Shown: positions 34,877 through 40,852 of the stretch, piece after piece
Numbering within the stretch: the first letter of the stretch is position 1
How the letters are laid out: each line of letters starts with the position of its first letter
Assembly: GCA_947629725.1 (NCBI GenBank)
Contig: CANREU010000001.1
Coordinates: 1 to 40,852 of the forward strand
Source: an uncultured Clostridia bacterium
GTDB lineage: Bacteria; Bacillota; Clostridia; Christensenellales; Borkfalkiaceae
DNA: 40,852 nucleotides
Reading direction: 5' to 3'
Position numbers and translations under genes: made by a program
The notes under the pieces: generated by a model
The model's input: only the letters and a program-made list of their open reading frames with translations
Told to the model about the DNA's origin: nothing
Database searches by the model: none

Positions 34877-37060
34877 GTGAAGAACAAGACCGCACGCTTT
34901 TTGCTCATCAGCATCGTCTGCATTTCGCTGCTTCTCGTGGCGGTCTTTTCCGTTATGGCGTATCTCATGAACAAGCGCGGGTCGGACGCCATCGGCAAGC
35001 TCGGCGCGATCTACATGTCGGGCATCAGCGAGCAGGCGGCGACCCATTTCGATTCCACCTTCGAGCTCCGTCTCTCGCAGGTGCGGAGCCTCACGGACGC
35101 CGTCCCTCCGGGGCAGGCGATGTTAGACAGCACGCGCCGCCCCCTTCTCACGAGCTATGCGCGTTCCCGCGGGTTCACCCACCTCGCCTACTGCAAGGCG
35201 GACGGCACGTTTGAGACCGTTTTCGGGTTAGACCTCGTGAAAGACGAGGCGTTTGCGGCCAAACTCCGCCGCGGCGAAGAGGTGATGGCGCTCGGGAGGG
35301 ATGCGGGCGAAAGCGGCGGGAGCGCGAGCGAACTCATCCTCATGGGCATTCCCGCCGACTATCCCACGGAGGACGGGGAAAAGAGCGTGGGGCTCGTTGC
35401 GGCGCTCTCCGTCGACTACATCCGCGGCATGTTCTCCGTCACCTCCTCAAACTCCTCCCTCTACTACATCATCACCGCCGCGGACGGGACGATCATCCTC
35501 CACGACGGCGGCACGGGCATCACCGAGAGCAACTATTTCGACCGCGTGCGGAGCCGCTACGGCGTCATCCGCAAGGACGGTGCGGAGCTCGGGAAAGAGG
35601 CCTACCTTGCCGAATTGCAAGAAAAAATGGAGGACGGTGCGGAGTATTCCGTCGAATTCACTCTGGACGGCGAGCGGCGCTTCCTCTATGAGACCAAGCT
35701 CCCCGGCTCCGACTGGTATTTCTTCCTCTTCTTGCCCTACGGCCCCCTCGATGCGACGGTCAACTCCCTCGGGAAGGCGTGGAGCATCGCCTCCATTTTG
35801 AGCTGCGGGATCATCCTCGCCGCCCTCATCGCGTTGTTCGCCGTCTATTTCCGTCTCACGAGCAAGCACGTGCGCGAACTTGAGGAGACGAGGCTCGCCG
35901 CCGAGCGCGCCAACCGCGCAAAGAGCGAGTTTTTGTCCAACATGTCGCACGACATCCGCACTCCCATGAACGGGATCGTCGGCATGACGGCGATCGCCTC
36001 CGCCAACCTCGGCAACACCGAGCAGGTGAAGAACTGCCTCGGGAAGATCGCCGTCTCGAGCAAGCACCTTCTGGGGCTCATCAACGACATCCTCGACATG
36101 TCGAAGATCGAGAGCGGCAAACTCGAATTGCATGAGGACACCGTCGGACTCGCGGAGGCGGTGGAGAGCGTCGTCAACATCGTCCAGCCGCAGGTGCAGG
36201 TGAAGGGGCAGAACCTCACCGCCGAAGTGGGCGAACTTTTGAGCGACAGCGTCCGCTGCGACGGCGTGCGCCTCAACCAGATCCTTTTGAACCTCCTCGG
36301 CAACGCCGTAAAATTCACCCCCGAGGGGGGCAAGATCTTCCTCTCCTGCACGGAGGAAGTTTCCCCGCGCGGGGAAAACTATGTGCGCGTGCGCTTCCGC
36401 GTGCGGGACACGGGCATCGGCATGACGGAGGAATTCCAGAAGAAGGTGTTCGAGGCGTTCGCCCGCGAGGACAACGGCAGGGTACAGAAGATCGAGGGCT
36501 CGGGGCTCGGCATGGCGATCACGAAGTACATCGTCGACGCGATGCACGGCACCATCGAGCTCGACAGCGTGCCCGACGAGGGCACGGAATTCCGCATCAC
36601 CCTCGACCTCGAACGCGCGGAGAGCAAGTCGGCGCCCGCCGCCGTTGCGGCAGAGGAGGCCGATTTCAGCGGGAAGCGGGTGCTCCTCGCCGAGGACAAC
36701 GACCTCAACCGCGAGATCGCCGAGGAGCTCCTCTCCGAGATCGGTCTTGCCGTCGATTCGGCGGAAAACGGCAAGATATGCGCAGAGATGTTCGCTTCCT
36801 CCCCCGAGGGGCATTACGACGCCGTCTTCATGGATCTCCGCATGCCCGAGATGAACGGCTACGAGGCGACGGAGGCGATCCGCAAGATGGACCGCTCCGA
36901 CGCGAAGACCGTCCCCATCATCGCCATGAGTGCAGACGCCTTCTCCGACGACGTGGACCGCTGCCTTGCCTGCGGCATGAACGCGCACACCGCGAAGCCC
37001 ATCGATATGGACGTCGTAAAAAAACTGCTCGCGGAGTTTCTCTTCCGCGGGGAGGAGTGA
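34877..37060 (+). CDS. hybrid sensor histidine kinase/response regulator
   Basis: GTG start with a GGGAGA RBS just before the first TM. Extracytoplasmic sensor domain of about 270 aa between two TM helices. H-box [13 protein letters not shown] boxes [19 protein letters not shown] and GSGLGMAI. Receiver domain [10 protein letters not shown]...[13 protein letters not shown]...AMSADA. Confidence 0.9.
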   Translation: MKNKTARFLLISIVCISLLLVAVFSVMAYLMNKRGSDAIGKLGAIYMSGISEQAATHFDSTFELRLSQVRSLTDAVPPGQAMLDSTRRPLLTSYARSRGFTHLAYCKADGTFETVFGLDLVKDEAFAAKLRRGEEVMALGRDAGESGGSASELILMGIPADYPTEDGEKSVGLVAALSVDYIRGMFSVTSSNSSLYYIITAADGTIILHDGGTGITESNYFDRVRSRYGVIRKDGAELGKEAYLAELQEKMEDGAEYSVEFTLDGERRFLYETKLPGSDWYFFLFLPYGPLDATVNSLGKAWSIASILSCGIILAALIALFAVYFRLTSKHVRELEETRLAAERANRAKSEFLSNMSHDIRTPMNGIVGMTAIASANLGNTEQVKNCLGKIAVSSKHLLGLINDILDMSKIESGKLELHEDTVGLAEAVESVVNIVQPQVQVKGQNLTAEVGELLSDSVRCDGVRLNQILLNLLGNAVKFTPEGGKIFLSCTEEVSPRGENYVRVRFRVRDTGIGMTEEFQKKVFEAFAREDNGRVQKIEGSGLGMAITKYIVDAMHGTIELDSVPDEGTEFRITLDLERAESKSAPAAVAAEEADFSGKRVLLAEDNDLNREIAEELLSEIGLAVDSAENGKICAEMFASSPEGHYDAVFMDLRMPEMNGYEATEAIRKMDRSDAKTVPIIAMSADAFSDDVDRCLACGMNAHTAKPIDMDVVKKLLAEFLFRGEE

Positions 37061-37062
37061 AT

Positions 37063-38400
37063 ATGAAAAAAATCGCGACCCTTGTTGCACTTTCCGCCCT
37101 CTTGCTCTTCACGGCGTGCGCGCCGCGGACGCCCGCCGTCCCAGAAGATACGAACGGGAAGAAGGAGAAAGCGGCGATCACCCTCTGGACCTATCCCATC
37201 GGCGGATGGGCGACGGCGAGCTCCGTCTCTCCCATCCTCACCTCCTTCCGCATCGCCCACCCCGAGATCTCGGTCTCCGTTGAGTATGTGAGTTACGCCG
37301 GCGCCGAGGACCCCCACAGCGGTGACACGATGATCGAGAACGCCATCGAAAACGGGGGGCTGCCCGACGTCGTCTTCGAGGGGCCCGAGCGGCTCGTCGC
37401 GAACTGGGGCGCGCGCGGTCTCATGGCTCCCCTCAACGACCTTTGGGAGGATGAGACGGCGAAGGAGGTCGACAGCCGCGTCGCGGAAGCCTGCCATGAC
37501 TCGGAGGGGAACTACTACGTCGTCCCCCTGTGCATGACCACCCACTGCATGGCGGTCAACCGCAATGTCTTCGAGCAGGCGAACGCCCTTCAATATCTTG
37601 ATATAGAGACCCGCACTTGGACGGCGGACGGCTTCCAAAAGGCCGTCGCCGCCATCAAGGCGTATTACGACGGGCTGGAGGCGCAAGGCGAAACGCACAG
37701 GGACGTTGCCGCCGTCTATTGCGAAGGCAAGGGGGGAGACCAGGGCACCCGCGCCCTCGTCAACAACCTCTGCGGCGGGCGGTTCACCGACGCGGCGCAT
37801 ACGAAGTACACCGTGAACTCCGAGGAGAACATCGAGGCGCTCACCCTCCTTAAAGGGATGGAAGGGATCAGGTTCGACCCCGCGCTCGACGGCACGAAGG
37901 AGCACGAAGCCTTCTGCGCGGGCGAGCTCGCCATGTCCTTCTGCTGGAACGTGGCGGTGGAGAACAGCCAGCTCAAAAACCACCCCGACATCGATTTTGA
38001 CATTTTGCCGATGGCGTTCCCCTCGCAGAACGGAACGGATCCCAAGCTGCAGGGCGGCATTTGGGGGTTCGGCGTCTTTGATAACGGCGACGAGGCCCGC
38101 CTCAAAGCGGCGAAGACGTTCATCCGCTTCCTCACGGAGACGGACTACACCCGCGCCGTCACCGTATCCTCCTATTCGCCCGTGCGGGAGATCTCTCCCG
38201 ACCCCTACGCGAACGACGCCCTCATGACGGAATACGCCATCTTCAAGAACTATTTCGGCGATTTCTATCAGATCACGCCCGAGTGGGACAGCGCGCGCAC
38301 CGCGTGGTGCACCCTCCTGCAAGAGGTGGGGAGCGGCGCGGACATCCGCACGGCGCTGGGAAAGTTCCCCGAGACCTTCTCCGCCGTGAAGGAGAACTGA
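37063..38400 (+). CDS. ABC-type extracellular solute-binding lipoprotein (family 1, sugar type), with no cognate permease genes adjacent
   Basis: ATG 37063 lies 3 nt after the kinase stop. Lipobox LLFTAC. ITLWTYPIGGW... and overall length are typical of family-1 carbohydrate-binding proteins. Confidence 0.8.
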   Translation: MKKIATLVALSALLLFTACAPRTPAVPEDTNGKKEKAAITLWTYPIGGWATASSVSPILTSFRIAHPEISVSVEYVSYAGAEDPHSGDTMIENAIENGGLPDVVFEGPERLVANWGARGLMAPLNDLWEDETAKEVDSRVAEACHDSEGNYYVVPLCMTTHCMAVNRNVFEQANALQYLDIETRTWTADGFQKAVAAIKAYYDGLEAQGETHRDVAAVYCEGKGGDQGTRALVNNLCGGRFTDAAHTKYTVNSEENIEALTLLKGMEGIRFDPALDGTKEHEAFCAGELAMSFCWNVAVENSQLKNHPDIDFDILPMAFPSQNGTDPKLQGGIWGFGVFDNGDEARLKAAKTFIRFLTETDYTRAVTVSSYSPVREISPDPYANDALMTEYAIFKNYFGDFYQITPEWDSARTAWCTLLQEVGSGADIRTALGKFPETFSAVKEN

Positions 38401-38457
38401 CCGCATAAGGTTTCCGAAGCGCATATAATAGACCATACGAAAGAGCATACGACCGAA

Positions 38458-38482
38458 AACGCCCGCCCGCGGGCGTTTTTTC
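38458..38482 (+). terminator. intrinsic terminator after the SBP gene
   Basis: AACGCCC-GCCCGC-GGGCGTT followed by TTTTT. Confidence 0.8.
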
Positions 38483-38494
38483 ATTCTCTCGTCC

Positions 38495-38905
38495 CCAGCC
38501 CACTTACCTTCTCCCCTTTTGGGGTGCCGAAGGCATGCCTTGCGCTGGGCGGGGTAGGGGTTGCCCACGATTTCCGCCCCGCATATCCCGAGCGTGCCCT
38601 CCCCCTGCGTCAGGGGGAGGGGTACTTCGTCGCTTTGCTCCTCGTGTCGCCCTTCGATAACATTCATGGCGTGCGGGCGATAGGGGTGAGGGTCCGTCCT
38701 CGACGTTGCGAATTGCCCCTCATTCGTCCCCTGCGGGGACACCTTCCCCCCGAGAGGGGGAAGGCTTTCGGTGGGACGGGGGCGCGCGTTTTCACCTCCT
38801 CCCTCGTTTGAGGGGGTGGGCGCTCTTTCTCTTGCCTCCCCCCTTATACTTGAGGGGGGAGGGCAGGGTGGGGGAACGAGACCTTCCCCCTTTGAAGAGC
38901 ACGGG
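38495..38905. repeat. mosaic hairpin-repeat cluster G
   Basis: Modules at 38524-38547, 38597-38621, 38752-38774 and 38835-38862. A 58-nt insertion at 38625-38682 splits an otherwise conserved GGGGTAGGGGTGAGGG tail. Confidence 0.9.
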
Positions 38906-39037
38906 ACAAACTTGCCGGATGGGGCGAAAAAAGCGGGAAATGGGGTCAAAAATCGAAAAGGGGTGCGGATTTTCCAAAATACCCCCGTTTTTCCAAGCAC
39001 ATATCGAAAAAATTGTGAAAATGCCCTCTGAAAACTC

Positions 39038-39066
39038 TTGCATTTTGTCGAAGTTTGTTCTATAAT
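39038..39066 (+). promoter_or_regulatory. sigmaA-type promoter of the Ig-repeat protein gene
   Basis: TTGCAT (39038-39043), 17-nt spacer, TATAAT (39061-39066). It is followed by a leader of about 118 nt. Confidence 0.75.
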
Positions 39067-39184
39067 AATTTTATCGGTGGGGTTCCGCCGCATTTGCTTT
39101 ACGCGCGAGAGCGCGCGTTGCGTGCGAAAACCGCATCCGAAAAACCGCGTATCGGAAAAAGATCCGGGGAGAAGGAGTAACCAT

Positions 39185-40852
39185 ATGTCGAATTTGCTCA
39201 CGATCACTCTTTTTGGGCAAGAGCTGGATTGGACCGTTTCAACGGTGGTCCTCATCCTGATGCTGGCGACGATCGCGCTCGTCGTTTTGGCCGTCGTCGC
39301 GTTCGCTTTGCTCGAATTGCGCAAGCATTCCGGTGCGAAGAAGAAGCAGAACATCCTCGTCACGCACGCCGCGTCGGCGGAGAAGTCGCACGAACTCGTC
39401 GGCATCTCTCTCGACACCGCCGTCGTGCAGCGCAGGTTCAAGCTCGGCGAGCCCTTCAACTGCGAGGGGCTGATCGTCACCGCGAGCTACAACAGCGAGC
39501 CCGCGACGGAGACGGTCACCGACTACTCGGTCGACCCTCCCCGCACCGACATCGAGGGCAAGCCCAATGTCACCGTCCGCTACGGCGGATTCACCGCCTT
39601 CTACTCGGTGGAAGTCGCCGCGGAGGAGGAGAGGCTCCCCGTCGGGCTCGAGCTCGACACCGCCGGGGTCCGCAAGGAGTTCACGGCGGGCGAGGCGTTC
39701 GAGTGCTCCGGCCTCAAAGTGCGCGTCCGCTTCAACCGCGAGCCCTTCACGGAAGAAGTTTACAACTACTCCGTCGAGTCGCCCTCGATGGAGGAGGCGG
39801 GCGAAAAGCAGGTCATCGTCCGCTTCGGCGATTTCGCCGAGCTCTATCCCGTCTCCGTCGTGCCCGCGAAGAAAGAGCGCAAACTCATCGGCATCGACCT
39901 CGACCTCGAAGTCGTGAAGACGGATTTCCTCGTCGGCGAGCCCTTCGACCACAGCGGTCTCGGCGTGGTCGCCCGCTACGACGAAGAGCCCTATGAGGAG
40001 CGGGTGGAGGACTTCACCGTCGAAGCGCCCGATCTTTCCGCGAAGGGGATGGTGAACGTCTCCGTTCACTACGGCGGGTTCACGCAGACCTATCCCGTGT
40101 TCGTCGCCGAGGGGCGCGCCCTCGTGGGGATCTCCCTCGATACGAGCGTGGTGCGCCGCGAGTTCACGGCGGGCGAAGAATTCAACAGCATGGGACTGAT
40201 CGTCACGGCGGATTACGACGCCGAGCCCTTCACCGAGGAGCTCTCCGACTATGAAGTCGAGGCTCCCGATATGACGGAGGAGGGCGAGCACGAGGTGAAA
40301 GTGAGCTACCTCGGGAAGACGGCCTCCTACACGGTCACCGTCGTGAAGCCCGCGCCCGCGTTCATGCCTCCCGCAGAGGAGGAGACGGGGGTCCTCCGCT
40401 ACGACAAGAGCTTCACCGCCCGCCTCATCCAGTCGAGCGATGAGATCAAACACTGGTACACCCTCCTCAAAAACGAGCTCCTCTCCTACAAGAAGGTGAA
40501 GGACCGCATGAGCTGGAAGAAGGAGTCCTACCGCTTCGGCAAGGAGCCCGTCGCGAAGTTCGGCTTCCGCGGCAACACCCTCTGCCTCTTCCTCGCCCTG
40601 AGCCCCTCCGACTACGAGGGCGAGGGCAGGTATAAAGTGGAGGACGTCTCCACGAACAAGTCCTTTGAGGACACCCCTTGCATGTACCGCATCAAGAACG
40701 ACATGCGCGAGAAGCGCGCCGTCGAACTCATCGCCGCCGTGATGGAAAAACTCGGCGCGGAGCGGTACGACCGTCTCTCCGAAGACTACTATCTCCCCTA
40801 CGAGGGGATCTACGAGCTCGTCAACAAGGGGCTCGCAAAGCGGCTCATCGTC
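39185..40852 (+). CDS. membrane-anchored protein with four tandem bacterial Ig-like repeats and an uncharacterised C-terminal domain; 3' end runs off the window
   Basis: Not in the supplied ORF track because there is no stop before the window end. My manual translation from ATG 39185 (GAAGGAG RBS) is open for 556 codons. It has an N-terminal TM (VVLILMLATIALVVLAVVAFALL). Four repeats of about 80 aa follow, of the type GISLDTxVVxxxFxxGExFxxxGLxVTAxYxxEPxTExVxDYxV...V.YGG...Y.V.V. Confidence 0.8.
   Translation, partial: MSNLLTITLFGQELDWTVSTVVLILMLATIALVVLAVVAFALLELRKHSGAKKKQNILVTHAASAEKSHELVGISLDTAVVQRRFKLGEPFNCEGLIVTASYNSEPATETVTDYSVDPPRTDIEGKPNVTVRYGGFTAFYSVEVAAEEERLPVGLELDTAGVRKEFTAGEAFECSGLKVRVRFNREPFTEEVYNYSVESPSMEEAGEKQVIVRFGDFAELYPVSVVPAKKERKLIGIDLDLEVVKTDFLVGEPFDHSGLGVVARYDEEPYEERVEDFTVEAPDLSAKGMVNVSVHYGGFTQTYPVFVAEGRALVGISLDTSVVRREFTAGEEFNSMGLIVTADYDAEPFTEELSDYEVEAPDMTEEGEHEVKVSYLGKTASYTVTVVKPAPAFMPPAEEETGVLRYDKSFTARLIQSSDEIKHWYTLLKNELLSYKKVKDRMSWKKESYRFGKEPVAKFGFRGNTLCLFLALSPSDYEGEGRYKVEDVSTNKSFEDTPCMYRIKNDMREKRAVELIAAVMEKLGAERYDRLSEDYYLPYEGIYELVNKGLAKRLIV

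Noticed and set aside
1821-38905. Interpreting the repeat clusters as CRISPR arrays
   Set aside because: There is no constant-length direct repeat alternating with unique spacers. The modules are heterogeneous, occur in both orientations and abut each other. No cas genes are present.
29206-39480. Very long minus-strand ORFs: 29206-31644, 31879-34320, 35447-37090 and 36859-39480
   Set aside because: All are antisense to recognisable + strand genes (LRR lipoprotein, Ig lipoprotein, histidine kinase, SBP). Several run straight through repeat clusters and terminators. Their composition is R/G/P/E-rich.
39229-40453. ORFs 39229-39996 (+), 39567-39917 (+) and 39239-40453 (-) from the track
   Set aside because: Their translations are R/G/P- or D/E/G-rich nonsense. 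They overlap the open frame-2 gene starting at 39185, which has an RBS, a TM segment and four clear domain repeats.

Overview
GC-rich chromosomal segment that looks like an endospore-forming Firmicute of the Clostridia type, since spoIIR and a sleB-ypeB operon are present. I can support about 30 protein genes, mostly on the + strand. They include housekeeping genes (mnmA, trmL, cls), spore genes, and two cation transporters (mntP and a CaCA antiporter), each preceded by a yybP-ykoY-like Mn riboswitch candidate. There is also a block of a heterodimeric ABC exporter, a ClC channel and rubrerythrin; a UvrD-type helicase with an embedded DEDDh exonuclease; and a GH43 hydrolase. A three-gene operon encodes very large anchored surface proteins (LamG/cadherin-like and BspA-type LRR). 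It is followed by a hybrid histidine kinase with an orphan solute-binding protein, and by a 3'-truncated Ig-repeat membrane protein that is missing from the supplied ORF track. The most unusual signal is non-coding. Seven intergenic clusters (about 2.9 kb by my coordinates, roughly 7% of the window) are built from one small vocabulary of C-arm/G-arm hairpin modules. The modules are reused in different orders and both orientations, with nested insertions, local tandem amplification and stem-preserving variants. One cluster sits between a riboswitch terminator and the mntP gene it should control. Four conserved genes (mnmA, sleB, the helicase and the LamG giant) each carry one frameshift as sequenced, which may be assembly indels rather than real decay. 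Eight near-consensus sigmaA promoters with exact 17-nt spacers and ten intrinsic terminators (nine transcript-end terminators plus the riboswitch terminator) delimit the transcription units. No rRNA, tRNA, CRISPR array, transposase or integrase was seen.
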